A stretch of 64,000 nt of DNA from the human T2T-CHM13v2.0 reference genome, Homo sapiens. The notes below the pieces were generated by a model. That model made no database searches. It was not told the DNA's origin and saw nothing but the letters and a program-made list of their open reading frames with translations. A program made the position numbers and the translations under genes. Location: NCBI RefSeq assembly GCF_009914755.1, contig NC_060937.1. One strand, written 5' to 3'. Below are positions 29,001 through 43,309 of the stretch, in pieces (position 1 is the stretch's first letter; every line of letters starts with the position of its first letter).

Positions 29001-30955
29001 AACTTGCCTCTTTGGTGCTGAGAGCTGATGTGAGGGGGAAAGTGGAGGTTCGTGAAACTCTACCTTGGTTTCCCCTACTCCTTTCCCTCAGTAGTAAAGG
29101 CAGAAGAATACAAAGAGCCTGACTTTTAGGATGCAAGTCCTGGCATCCTGGATCAATCTTCAGGCCGCTTTCCTTTAAGCAGCCTGCTAGAGGCTACTAT
29201 ACAGCTTATGTGGTTGGCAGACTGGTGCTTAATGACTTAAATAACCTTCCAATATGGATTTATTCACAATGTAATCTGATGCTTTTTAAATGCCAAAAAG
29301 GAAAAAGAAAAAAGATATTGTGAGTCGTGCACATCCCTGCTCCTCCAGGCCTCATCAGTCCCTGCCAGAGCACAGCCTTACTCTGACTGCCTGGTGTCAT
29401 CACTGATCCCAAGAGAACCAGCCATCCAAAACTGCAAAGGAAAACAAATCCAGGAAAACCCTACACAGGTCAGTGAATGCCTCTACACCAATCACATCTT
29501 GACTGAAGCTACCGTGAAGGTACCCAGTCCTATAGTTCAGGGTACCAAATAAAAAACGTGCTAAAACACTGTGGACACTGAGGATCTGAGAACAGTGTGG
29601 CTCACTGATAGGAACTTGCACACCATAAAGGCAAGCATACATCTGCATCCTGATGCATGCTCCATGTCCTTCAAGGGTTGAGTTGATGTGGACAGAACTT
29701 CTTGTGGTGACCCCCGTACTCCTACTCAAAAGTGAACCCTCCACAAATACTACCTGACCCGTTGTGATTATTCCCAGTAAAACAAATAACCCCAGCTCCT
29801 TGGCAAAGTTTAAAATTCGCAGTTTCACTGCCATCAGGGTTTAAGGTTGGTGGTTTTAATTCAAGATACTAAGTATTTTAGGGTAGGAGACTGTTTTATT
29901 TTGTTTTCCCAAAATATTGTGATGGACTATATCACAATATATAATGGACTCTGAGATTTTTAGATCCTGGCGCTGCTATATAGTGATGGACTTTGAGATT
30001 TTAGATACTGGCTCTGGTTTCCTCTGTTAATTCTGTTCATGAAAAAAATTAGAAATGGCATTCTGAAAGATGTGAAGATCAGGAGAAGTCTAATCTTCAC
30101 TTATACCAAAATCTGGAGACTAAACTGCTGAGAAAGGGCCCTTGGCCCCATTCCAAACACTTGTAATTATTGAACAACATATAGCAAATATAATTACATT
30201 AAAGCCGGGATTGGAAGATAGAATGGGAACTCACTAGATACAGAAACAGAGAAGAAATTCAAACCTGGAGTGGAAATTAGGTAGTGAGGTTAAGGCTATC
30301 CACAGGGCCAGAGGACCCCAATTTAAGTCCAGGGCTTGAGGAATGGAGGCAAGTTGGGATTTTAACACCAACATGCTTCCGATAGGTCCCATCTCAGTCA
30401 GGGAGCTGGAGGGCTGGGCTATAGCCAGAAACTTTAAGGAGCTGTCAAATACATGAAGGAGAGACTAGAAGTTGGCAAAATAATAATAATAATAATACTC
30501 TACTAAATCTAGACCCCTCTCCTCTGGAAGAATTGGATGGCAAACTTTGGATTCAATTGGAAAAGGCCTCAGAAAAGGATCTCTTGGCATGAGAAAATTC
30601 CAAATCTTTACTAAGCAAAGACCCTTGTCTGGGTCTTGCATTTGTCTGTTTTCTAAAAATTAGGATTAATTGAAACAAAGCAGGTAGAAAAATCAAGTTG
30701 TGATTTTTTTTTTCTGATGCACATGAATTGGATCGTCATCATCCACATTGTCAGTCTTCATTAATATCACAGTTATAATTCTCTAAATGTGATCACCAAT
30801 ACTCCATGCTAGACTTCTTATAAACAAATTGTAGGAGTGGCTTTCTCCAAAATAACATTTACAAAACAGATAAGTGAGGCTCAGATAAAACTGTTGTATT
30901 ACTAATCAACCTGTTGTACTTCATCAATAAAACGATTAAGAGCAACTTAACATTG

Positions 30956-31314
30956 TGATATGATTTGGCTGTGTCCCCGCCCAAATCTCATCTCGAATTA
31001 TAGTTCCCACAATTCCCTCATGTTGTGGGAGGGACACAGTGAGAGATAATTGAATCATGGGGGTGGTTTCCCCCATACTGTTCTCGTGGTAGTGAATAAG
31101 TCTCATGAGACCTAATGGTTTTATAAGAGGAAACCCCTTTTACTTGGCTCTCACTTTTCTCATCTGCCACCTGTGAGACGTGCCTTTCACCTTCCACCAT
31201 AATTGTGAGGCCTCCCCAGCCAAGTGGAACAGTGGGTCCATTAAACTTCTCTCCTTTGTAAATTGCCCAGTTTTGGGTATGTCTTTATCACCAGTGTGAA
31301 AACGGACTAATACA
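30956..31314 (+). mobile_element. THE1 (MaLR) solo LTR
   Basis: tgatatgatttggctgtgtccccgcccaaatctc...aaacggactaataca; 5-bp TSD cattg at 30951-30955 and 31315-31319. Confidence 0.92.
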
Positions 31315-32651
31315 CATTGTTCGCAGAGTTTATCAATCCAAGCCTTTGATTTCACTGTCAGGAGCCCTGGATGGGTAAAACACATCTGCAGCCCTACTGT
31401 GAATCTGAAGGTGTTAGAATTCTCAGGAGTCATAGTATCATGACCAGTCCATAATCGTTCCACAATGTCCATGAAAGACATTATTCTCAGTGGGAATAGC
31501 ACAATGCTGCTGTTTAGCATAATGCTAAACCCACGACATGCTCATGGGTTTGCTTTCTCAACTATTATTCTTCACTTATAGTCACTTCTGAAGTCCACAT
31601 GCACTATAAGCTCTTCTTATGGAAACATCTCTCTCACCTTTAAATGGAGACTTTTAATTTCTCTTCTCCCATATTAACAATAATGAGTAACAATAATGCA
31701 TATTATTGAATATACACTAGGACCTGTGCCACGTGATCTATACACATTATCTCATTCATTGTTGCAGATAAGGGAAGAGAGACTCTGTAAGCCTAAGTAA
31801 CCTCCCAATGTCATATATCTAAAAGAAGAAAGAGGGCTTTTGGGTCCAGGTGTGTTTGACTTTGATGATGCCTGTAATCATGGATGTGCTTCCATCCGAC
31901 GTAATTGCTCTCTGTGTCAATAAAAGCCAATATTGGGAATAGAGAAACTCATTGGCAATATTCTTACTTTAGTTATAAGAAGGTGCAGTGCACATTTATG
32001 ACCTAAATATTCAATAATGACACTAACCTTCTAATAGGAAGAGGAACTAGTATTTAATGATCATATACATCTATTTATGTGGTATATATTTGATACCTTC
32101 ACACACTACATATCACTTAATTCTCATAACATTACTAAAAAGTTGTTATTCTTACGCCCATTTTACAGTTGAAAGTATTCCAGTTTAGGCATCCAGGATG
32201 GTTTGGAAACCTCGGCAAATTCACAGAGGAAATAAGTGGCTAGATTCCAGTCCAGGTGTTTGTTGCTACGCCATGCTGCCCAGTATGATTTTATAATGTG
32301 TACAAACCTTATTCATAATATTCTTTTATGGATATTCATATTCTGTATCTTATATTGAATATGAATCAAAATAATACAAATTTCTCCAAAAAGTAAAACT
32401 CTTTCATAGATGTGTCATTGATTATGGACTATTCAGTGCTGAAAGGGATTTGGAGTTACCCATTCAATTGTAAAGGTGAAGAAGCTGAAGCCCTAGAGAA
32501 GCTCATTTCTATAGCTAGTGACTCGTGGTGGGATCGTGGGCCATACTCCAAAATGGCGGCTAAAATTTGATTTGGTCAAAAACCGTGCCAAAAATTGTTG
32601 GGCTTCCCAATATGTGAGTTACTCACAAACCAAGAATGCAAAACCTAAGAA

Positions 32652-32775
32652 TAGGGTAATACTATCATCCAGTTTGCCTGGGTCAGTTCCAAGGCCTGCT
32701 TTCATTTTATTATTAATAGCATCCCGTTTTACTCTCAAAAGTGTCCAAATTTAGTAGGTAAATTATATGGTCTAG
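32652..32775. mobile_element. MER94-like hAT MITE
   Basis: agggtaatactatcatccagtttgcctggg...ttttactctcaaaagtgtcc...aaattatatggtc; related copy near 56426. Confidence 0.5.
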
Positions 32776-35700
32776 CAGTTTCATTTTCAAGTTAATTTAA
32801 AATATAAATACAGCTATTTTAGACATTATGTCAAGTTTTAAAATGTGACCGAGGCTATGATCCAGAAGCCCTGAATGCCCCTCCCTGCAGGTAGGACAAT
32901 AAGGAAATCCTTGCATTCACAGGATCCCAAGTACTGTCTTAAAGAGGAACTAGATGATTTCATATTACTTTTCAGTTTCTCCAGATGACAACTGGAGAAT
33001 TGTTGTTGCATAAGGACAACAATAAATAACTATTTATTGTTATTGAAGCAAACCACCTCTCTGTATTTGTTGAATAGCTGAGGAAATACTCAAATCCTCC
33101 TGGATTGTCCACTTGTTGTGGGGCTGGCACGGGGTTCTATGTCTGGGTTTGTGAGATAAGCTGATCCCAAGCCTCATGTCACATGACCTGGCTAGTGCCT
33201 GGAGCTTTTGCACTGCATCTTGTTATTAAACCTGCACGAGAGACATTATTTCCAACATTACAGAAAGGACAAACTATCTCCTCCAGGGAATCTGGCAGGA
33301 CTCTCTAACTAACACTATCATAAAACAGCTCCAGAAGCCACTGTCATCAGCTATATGCAATTAGGTTCTGAAAAATTATTGGGCCATACTTTATAATTAA
33401 TGCTGACAAACTGACAATAGAATGCTGTTCATTTCCAATGTACTTCTAACAGAGATATAAGAGAACATGATCTAACAGGATAATTTTGTCTTTTTCAGGA
33501 ACCTTCTGGTTGTAATAGAAAACCAGAAAACCACTGATACTAACTTAAAGGAAAATTTAGTGTAATGTTGGGGTAGAGGCGGGGATCTCAATGCCAATGG
33601 TAGAAAATGCAATTGGATCTCCTCATGAGTAGGAAAGCTCTCAGGAACTAAGTGAGCCATCACTACTTCTCTAAGAATCGACTTTATTCTTTGACATTTC
33701 TCTGTATATTGGCATTTCCGCTGAGTTGTACACACAGCCCATCAAAGGCTTTCCCAGTGTGGCTTTCCTTACTTCCTAGTTCAAATGCCCAGCCCCACCC
33801 TCTGGACTCCAGTTCTAAATTCCTAGGAGGAAACAAATCTTACTGGCTCATGAGCTAGGCACCGTGTGCCAATGACCACATCAACGATCTACGACCAGAG
33901 AACTCATGTGCTACAAACATGGGTCCCCTGGAGCCTGATAAAACTCCCAAGAAACCTACAAATGGATAGAGTCATGCGCATTTTTATTGTATGTCTCTAG
34001 TACTAAGAATGCCTATTTTCTATTTTTCTCAAATACATTTGAAAATAAGTTGGGCATATGGGCACACAGAAGCATCATGTTCTGAGTAGGTAGTAATGCC
34101 ATTTTAGCACACTCAACTGTGCCTCTAAAATCTTCTGTACAGAAGTAGATTAGATTGTGTAATTCATGAGAACCATGCCAAAAGCTCCCGACCAAGGCAG
34201 CCACTGTGAACTCACAATGAGGCGGCTGGCATCTTTTATTCTCTCTCCTGTCTTCTGGATATTCTTGCCTCAGCCCCTATGAAGGTTCTGTGCCTCCCAC
34301 CATCTGTAAGCTTTCCTATCCTGCCTATACCAGCCCTCAGCTGGAATGTAAAAGGGGGTCTTTAATATGGGGACTGAAAACATCATAGTTTCCTTAGGCA
34401 GCTTGTCAAAGTCCTGCCAATCAGATGTCCTTGATTTCTAAGCAACAAGAAAAGCTACTGAAATTTTAAGGGGACACAAGACAAAACTATATCAAGGACA
34501 TGTGTAAGTTTTTATATATTTTTCTAATTTTTTTTAACCTTGATGACTCATATCTTTTAAAACTCGTTTGCCTTGGTGATTTGTTTTATTCTCGTTGGTT
34601 TTTTTTTTTTTTTTAACCAGTTAGAATTGCCCTATTGGCTATTTTTGATTCAAATAGAAGTGGAAGTGATTCTTTTTAAGAATGATTTCACACACAATGA
34701 GATAGAGAAAATGGGAGTTTTTCTATATTTTCCATTACTTTATCACATTCAGCAGTTGTTTCTGTTTTAGTATAAGGATTTGGTTAGAACATTAAAAATG
34801 ACTGCTTAAAGGATGAGACCCCATTGCAGTTCTTGTGAATTAAAGCCTATATTACTGTTTTATGAAGAATAATACTGTTTAAAATTTCACATTGTTATGA
34901 TTTCATATAGTTTAGAGTTTCAGTTCAAAGTTGAAAAACACCATTGATTTCCCTTCAATAGAGAGAATAATTTGATAATTTGAAAATTAAGCATACTTTT
35001 CATAACATTTAATGTTTTATATTTAATCCAATTCATTCAGCATTTATTGAATATATACTATTGACTAAAGCATAATAAAGATTAGAAAGATGAAAAAACT
35101 TATAGATTCTCCACCCTCCTCCCCATCAGACATCCATGAGTCCATATACTAGCTGAAATCACAAAGATAAATACAATGCAAGACAAATTGCAGTACATAT
35201 GAGAAGAAAAGTATAACATTTTTGGAAAATATGGTGAGAGATTAGTTTAAGGAAAACAGGGGGAGGTGGAATTTAAGTTAAATTCTGGATTTGGGGTAGG
35301 CCATCTCATTAGTCAGTATCCTTGGTAAAAATTTCCAAGATCACCAGTTACTTTAAGTGTGACTTTTACTTCAGAAAACACATAGTATTGTTAAATTGAT
35401 TTTCAACCCAGAGGCAAGTCAGAATCATTTAGAGGATTTTGTTCAATATACACATTCCCAACCCTCCTTCCCCCAGACTATTCACTGATGAGACTTGGGA
35501 AGGATTTGGGCATTAACAATGCTCCCCCTACCCCAACCCTAACACACACAGAGCCAGACAAAGTGTGAATGCCAAGGTGAAATCTATTTAAAGAGATGTA
35601 CACCAATGTGCAACACAGTTTCTGAAAAAACTTATTTTGAATAGATAATGTTAAGGTTTCTTGAAACAATCTATTTGACCCTAAAACTGGAAATGTATTA

Positions 35701-35811
35701 ATATAGATCATTTTTATTGAAGGTTTTCTTATTTTTATTTATCTTGTATGTATTTATGAAATGTACTTTAGTCCTTCTGGAATCAAGTGGAGGAAAAAAA
35801 CAAAATAGATA

Positions 35812-36549
35812 TGTTAAAATAGAGATCATAAGACTAATGGAACAGACTCCTTGTGGCAATAAAGTACCAAATAATAAATGAGACCTAAGGCCATGCCAGA
35901 AAAAGCTGAAGTCACGTACCCCTACCCTTATAGAATAAACTATGCTCTAATTGTCACAGGTTTTTCTTATTCTCTAGCAGCTAAACAAGCACTGGCCTCA
36001 AGATAAGCAGTATTGAAACAATCGTAGCTCACTGAGCACCAGATGCTGACTAACTGACCCCTCTGTTCCACAAGCCACAGCTACAGCTTTGATTGGATAA
36101 AAGACTGATTTCAGTAACTTTCTCCTGATAAGAGACCACTGACCATCTTCTGGTTCTGTCTGGTTTACAGAGGCTGAGCACTGAGTGCCTTCCTGTCCCT
36201 GCTTCACCTTTTGACATATAGGGCTTAATTGGAATGCATTTAAATGTGAAGTCTGCACCCCAAAGTGAACAAGGGATGCATGTAACATCCATGTTTGCTT
36301 ACTATTCATGCACATGCCCCCTCTTCATGGATATGTATAGCTCCTCCTACAATCTGTTAAATAAATATACTTGGCCAATCCATTCAGCATAAATTCCTAT
36401 CTCATCCTCCCTTGAATAACTTGCTTTTGGTCTCTGCCTGAGGTTACACTTCCCAGCCAGTTAGGATGGCCACCCTGCTGGCTGCAACTCTTGGTAAGAA
36501 ATAAAGCTCTCCTCTCCAAATTTATAGATTTCATGATTTTAAGTTGACA
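35812..36549 (+). mobile_element. ERV1 solo LTR (MER39-like)
   Basis: TG...CA ends (tgttaaaatagagatcataagac...ttttaagttgaca) and an internal AATAAA at ~36499. Confidence 0.7.
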
Positions 36550-39500
36550 GGTAGATGGTAGACATTGAAACAGAGAGCTAGTTAATGTTCGCTATTTCTA
36601 TGTTTGTGAGAGCCAACATTTAAGGAGTATTATACAAAGCATGGTTAAATGTCTTACTAAGCCTCAGCCCAGCCTCCACCCTATCAATCACATATCCAGA
36701 TAGAATCCTCGGGCTTAAGAGAGTCTACAGCCCTAATGTAAAGAGCAGCACTGAGCACTTTGAAACTCTGCAACTTTAATATAAAAATCTTAAGAATCAT
36801 AACCTTACAGCACCACAATTTGTCCATTTTAGTTCCTTTCACTTTGTCAGTGTGCAGTATAGAACTGACTTAATCCATTCCAGCTTTGAAACTAATTGTT
36901 GCTTATATAATTTAATTACATTGACAGATTAATATTTCTTAGGTAATTTACATGCAATGTTGTATCTTTTCATTGGAAACATTAGTTTGCATGGAAAATG
37001 GCCAAAATCTTTATTAAAAACCTAACACCAGAGACCAGTCCCCAAAAGAATGTAATCAAGACAAAGTATAAAAAAATACTTTAACTTTCCTTGACTACCT
37101 GGTACACCAAGGAAATAAAAAGGCTTACTATTTCTGAAATGTCTCCCTCAGCTTCTCTCATTCAAACGTAGACTCTGATCAATTTCACCATCAATGCCAT
37201 TGCACAGAGACAGCGCTTTGACTAAGTAAACAAGACATCTTTTTCAACTAGTGCAGCCCAATGAATGTGGTTAATAATTAAGTGACTAATATTTTGTAAG
37301 GCTGTGTGAGAAGCATTAATTAGGATAATAGTAAAAGATGGTGTACTGTTCTGTGAAAAGCAGGAAACCGATTTTTGAGGAGATAATTCTAGAGAGCAGG
37401 ATGAGTAACTTCCCTTGACAAGATAACTGGATGGCTGCTGAGAAGAGTTGGATGGTCCTTACACCATAACTCTGCTCTGTCTTCCCCAAGATGCCTCCAA
37501 ACCATTGCTGAACACAATAATGTGAGAAGCAGAAGAGAAATGGAAGGAATCAGACAAGGCATGCAGCTTCAAAGTTTAAAAAATTCTTATAATCTCATAA
37601 AAATTAAAAAGTATTTGAAATAAGTTTAAGAATCTAGTAATTGTAAAGGCTGTTATTTTTCTTGTTACACCATGTGGAGTGATTAACCTTATTGAAACAA
37701 ATTAATAAGTGTATGACAAAAATACAGTGGATTTCCATGGCCTTCTTATACTCGCTCTGGGCACATACTCATGCCATGACTTATCCCCCAATTTAAACTA
37801 CGTTCTTCTATTTTACTTTCTTCATTTTCTTTTTCATCCAGGTAAGCATAGTTGCATGCCCCGAAGTTGACAGACTGATGGTACAATTTAACTGTATATC
37901 TCCTACTTACATTTTAATTGGAAAAAAATAACTTTTACATCAAAAGACTAAAACCTAAGTGCAGAATTTCAGACAACAGTCAGTTGATAGAAGACATGAT
38001 TTTTCAGATCTTTCCTGGCACTCCTAAATTCCAGGTCTACAAACTGCCATTGACTTTGCCTGTTGGAGACTTACTGTTTTTGAGATACAAGCTTCTTTGG
38101 AGATTAGACCAACTTTGGAGGACATTTACATCAACCTCACCTTGATTTGGGGAAAATCCTTATTCCTTTCCTTTTATTCTCATCTTCTCTGTGTTCAAAA
38201 CCCAGGGTTTTTAGAAGCAACATTATAGTCCACTCAATTGCTCATTTATTTACAAACATTTTATGAATTCCCACAATTGTTTTTAGGCGATGTGCTGAAT
38301 GCTGGTAAAGCAAAAATGAACAAAGCACTGTCCCTTTCCCCAGTCACTGGAGAAGACAGTGCAATCATGTGTTATTGGTGTTAAGACAGAAGTCTGTTCA
38401 GGGTTACACTTGGGGTCACAAAAAGTGAGTGGTAAATCCTACCTCCAGTAATATCAAGATGTGTTCATATACCTACCATAGCTTAATTTAAAAAATTCTT
38501 ATATTTGTACAGAAAATAGCATTAGAAAAATTAGTACAACCATATTTGACCAGAAACCACATAATGCCTAACAAGTTCTGATTTTTATTACAAATATTTA
38601 TTATTGTTGCTCTACTATTACATTTGGCACATCTATGGGTTTTTTTTTATTTCAAAAATGCTTTGCTAATCTGTAACTTATTATGACTTACAGCTTTTTT
38701 TGTTGAAAAGATTTTCCTACAGGAAGGTACAAAAAGGCATTCTAGTGAAAACATTTTAAATTACACTATTTACCAAAAAGCCTACCTTTATGTATTACTG
38801 CTCTATTGAAATTTTTCTTTTCAAACAAATTCCATTCATTTCTACATAATGCATGTCAATAACAGCTATCATGGAAAAATAACAAGCAAAAACTGTTTTT
38901 CTACCTGTCTTCATTTTTTGCCACTCCTCATGTTTCCTTCTATTTCTATTTGTGAAAGTTTGAATCCCTCCTTCTTGATGCCCTTAAATCCATAATTACT
39001 TCTTATGACAACTCTTTTGACGCCCACATTATAAATTATTCATTATTTTGAATGACGCCTTAATTTCAAATGCACTCTTGTACTCCTACTTTGTCTTCTG
39101 TATTTTTCTCCTATATTATTTTTATACCTTTAAATAATCTTGCTTTGAGACTTCTGGCATCTTTCTGTCTTTTTCTCTGAGAGATGCCCCTAGAATGCTG
39201 TTGCTACAGGGAATTTAAAAAATCAAGTGATTCTGGTATTTCCCTCATTCACTCTTACTTCATTCCTGCTTTCTTCCTTTGCTCTTCTGGTTCCTTACAT
39301 CTAGAGTGCTCTCTTCTGCCCCATCTAGCCTGTCCTTTCGCCACTTCCTTCAAAACCTGATACAATATTAATTTGCTTCAGACAACTCTCCTGGACTAAC
39401 CTACTCCAATTTACTGTTTCTCTCGACCTCTGGGAATGTCAGTAAAAACTATACATTTCATTCTCATTTACTTGGAAAGTGTTTGTTTTTGTAATTTCAT

Positions 39501-39849
39501 TCAGTTATTTAGTTATATATTTTGTAATATTTTATTATTTATATAATTACTATATACCCTTTCTAATTCCTGATTTTTCCTTATTAGTTTTAAGCATAAC
39601 CATTATTTTATAATATAAACATGTAATTGGTTGCTTAATATCTGTCTCTCCTGCTAGAATACAAGCTCTTTTGGCTAATTGCTTATTGTTTTATCCCCAG
39701 AGCCTAAAAAATATACACAGTAATTACTCAATTAATATTATAGTATCTTTGAACTATCGTTCAGATATTAGTGAAATGAAAGTGCTCACAAATGCTTGCT
39801 GATTTTTTAAAGCCCGATTTTGGCTGGAATCCCTCATACTTTTTGTTAA

Positions 39850-40365
39850 CAGGTGGGATGTATTTTGCTGTAAGATGCAGAAAACCTTACCAACACACAC
39901 TTAAATTGAAAGACACCAGCTGTTTACTTAGCCATAAGTCCAAATGTGGGCAGTTCTAATGTTGGTTTGACTGTCCAATGTTGTCATGCAGGACCTAGGT
40001 TCTTCCCATCCTCCTCCCTGGCCATCCGAAGTTGCTGGCTTTCTACAGTATTGCACCATAATGTCATAATGCATCATAGCCCCCAAATGGAGGCCACATT
40101 CTCATATTTCAATGTGTAAAGCAGGAAGCAAAGAGAGCGACATCAGAAAATGGGGATATTTCCTCACTCTTGTCAATATCCTAGAAATCCCTCCAGCCCT
40201 AGCAGCCTTCTCCCCATTCCAATGACAAGAACTGAGTCACGTGCCTACTTTTGGACTAACCGTGGGCAGAGGGAAAGCAATGCTATTAAAGTCCAATCCT
40301 GATTCATCCCAGCTTCTTTGGCAAAAATAAAGGGAAACTGCTGGGTACGCAAGCAACACTGTGCC
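39850..40365 (-). mobile_element. Old MLT1 (MaLR) LTR
   Basis: ggacctaggttcttcccatcctcctccctggccatcc...aagaactgagtcacgtgcctac. Confidence 0.5.
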
Positions 40366-43309
40366 TGCTCTTCTGCTTTGTTAAATGAACCACACTGAAG
40401 CTCTGTTTTCCGCAGAATCCTCTAGCTCTTAAGATTCTTCAGGCTTTTTCTTTTTTCTGCCTACATTTTAATCATTACGTCTTTTCTTTCAGATTTTTTT
40501 TCTGATTAAAATGGCCTTTTGAAACATCTACTCTCTCCACCCATACGTTTCTTTTATTGAGTTGTTTCCATACTCTTAATTTCTGCATTCTAATTCCTTT
40601 TCTTTTCAAAAGCACTGAGACATATCACATTTTTTAAAGGAAGAACAAAGTTTATTTTGCCCCTTCCTTTCCACTCCACATATATACTGCAGATTCTCAA
40701 CTGTATTAGGAGCCTCACAGGTCAAGAAACCATCGTCTGCTCTCCTTATACTTGCCAGCAGCGTTTCACAGGTGCTAAATGTACTTGACATGCCCTTCCC
40801 CTTTATGTTTAATCAGAGGCATGCAGGCTTTAATAAGAAGCATTAGGAATCAGGTTTTACAGTCGAAAAGTACCCCTCGCATTACAAACATCCTCTACTA
40901 ATTTGTTTCTATTAAATTATCTGCATATTTGCTTCTTGCTGGTGTCAGGAAGTCCCAGAATACAGTACCTTTCCCACTTCATACCACCTTTTCCAACACC
41001 TTTTACAGAAAGAAAGGATGGACTTGGGTTTCCACGGTAACACAAGTGCGATAATTGAAGGTATCTGGCTATAGGTGAGATAACTCCCTTTCAGATTTAG
41101 TGGAGAGAGGAGAAATGAAGATTTTCTTTCTTTTTATTCTCCTGGCAATGCACTTTGGAAACTAAAGGGATCCTGCAGTGTCAGTTACTGCGTTAAGTTT
41201 TCACTATCTTACAGATTTACAGCTCTTGGGAATAATTCAAATTTCTTTTATATCATTTTTATTTTTTATTTCCCACAAACAAATGAAGATATAAGTTATT
41301 TCTATAATCATCTCAAAATAGAGTTTATGCTGGCATCGGAATGAACATGACTAAGGGGTTAGAAAATAGACATCCATCTCCCACCCAAGTCCTCTAAATT
41401 CTCTACACGTCCTGACATCCTTTTTATAGCAGCTAATCTTTCACCCAACATTTCACCTACAACCACAAATCAGGTAAGTACCATCATTTAAGCCAGAATA
41501 GGTGAGAAAATATGCTCCGACCTGTCATGTTTCTTTTGCCTCTTGGTGGTTAAAAATCAACCTTTATGGTACTGAGCATGAAATCTGAGGCCTGTCAATA
41601 TAAGGCCTGTAAATAAATGAACTGTAACCACCCCAAGGGCTGCAGTCTCTATACCCCTTCTTATCAAAAACGTCAGCATTGATGAGAGGTCAGGGGAAAT
41701 AGCCTGAGAAATGTCACAAAGCTGTCCTACTCTGTATTATGCTAAATGGAGTGACTACGGAGCCCACTCACTATTTTTGTGACAGCTTCAATCCAGAGCT
41801 TCTCAACATCTAGGGACCTAGGAGTCATGAAAACAGTTACTTAAGGCAACCTTCTGGACCCCACAATCCCAATACAAATTTCTCAAAAACATTAATCACT
41901 GGAACTTCATTCCTTGCAAAGTAAATGGACTTAGAGCTCCTTTGTAATGCAAGGTACTAGATGAGTTGTCATGATCTAGAGAGAAAGCTTCACGCTTCCT
42001 GGCTCTATTTAACAACCCTAAGAACTTCTTATCACCAAGATGCACAGTTAGAATCTTAAGACAGTCTGTCTTTCCTTGGAAAAGAAGTATAGCTTCTACT
42101 AACCCAAAGTAACCATGAATAAGCATACCAATTTTACACAAAATATGAGACTTCTGGAAAGCTAGGTGAACACCATACTTACCTACATCCTCTTGAAACA
42201 TCCCTGCCAAAGTAGCTCAGATATGAAGCATCCATGTAAGCTCTTTCAATTTTAATTCACTATTTCATGTTAACTAGCCTAGGATGAAATAGTAGATCCT
42301 CTTCGGTTCCAGTTCCCTTAAAACAGTCCTGATTCTTAGTCCTTTTTATTAATATAATACCTTCACTGCTGATTCTGGTGGCTCAGATAGTACCATTCAT
42401 ATTTTAATGATATGTAATCAAGAAATGCTGAGTTATATTTTACTACATACACATTTTTAAATTCAGAGGACATTTGTCCTTGATAATTTTAAATGAAAAC
42501 TTGGTGTGTGTTCATTACAGCAAGGTAATGCAAATATAAGTTATCCATTCTAATATAACGAAGCTATAGGGAAATAAGAAACTACTAAATTTGAGTAGTC
42601 TTTGTAGTAGTTTGACTATCGACAGAAAAGATGGTGAAAGAATACCTGGCTTTTAACTCAGACCAAAATCCCCTCTGCATGATGACCTTGTGGGAAAGAG
42701 GAACGGGGAGAGGTATGCCAGGCTCTAACAACAGAACTACAGAAACGTGTTATTCGCAGGAAATGTGCGACAGTAACGAACAGGTGAGACTAGTTTGAGA
42801 AGGACATAGTTTAAAGAAAGTAAACTGAATAACCAGTTACTGCAAAAAATAATGCAGGAAAGCTTGGGGATGTATCGTCTCCTAAATTTGACGTTATGGG
42901 TGGGAGAGGATGTGTAACTAAGATGCAATGCTAGCGACAGAACGCTAAGTTTTAAAACTCAATAGTGAAAGAAAAAAAATAATGTTTTGGGAGGAACGCC
43001 TGGAAGACCCATGCAACTGCTGCACGATGTTTCCTTAAGGACCGGAACATTTCTCACCCTGAAGACAAAAGTCCCTGTGTTCTCGATTCAGCCCACATCC
43101 CTCAGCACCATTTCCATGCCCATCATTTAGGCAGAATGCCACGGAGGCGACGTGAAAAGTGGAATTCATCATTCTGGCTTGCAACGCATCTTGTTCTTTT
43201 GCCAGAACAGGGCACAGCAACTGGCTCCTCAATCTCTGCCCCTCCCAAACCCCAGCAGCCGGTCCCTGTCTCCATCCCGCCGGCCTCGGTGGCAAGGGGC
43301 TCGCGAGCT

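Noticed and set aside
29400-29834. 144-aa minus-strand ORF
   Set aside because: No recognisable motif or clear exon context; length is plausible by chance in 64 kb
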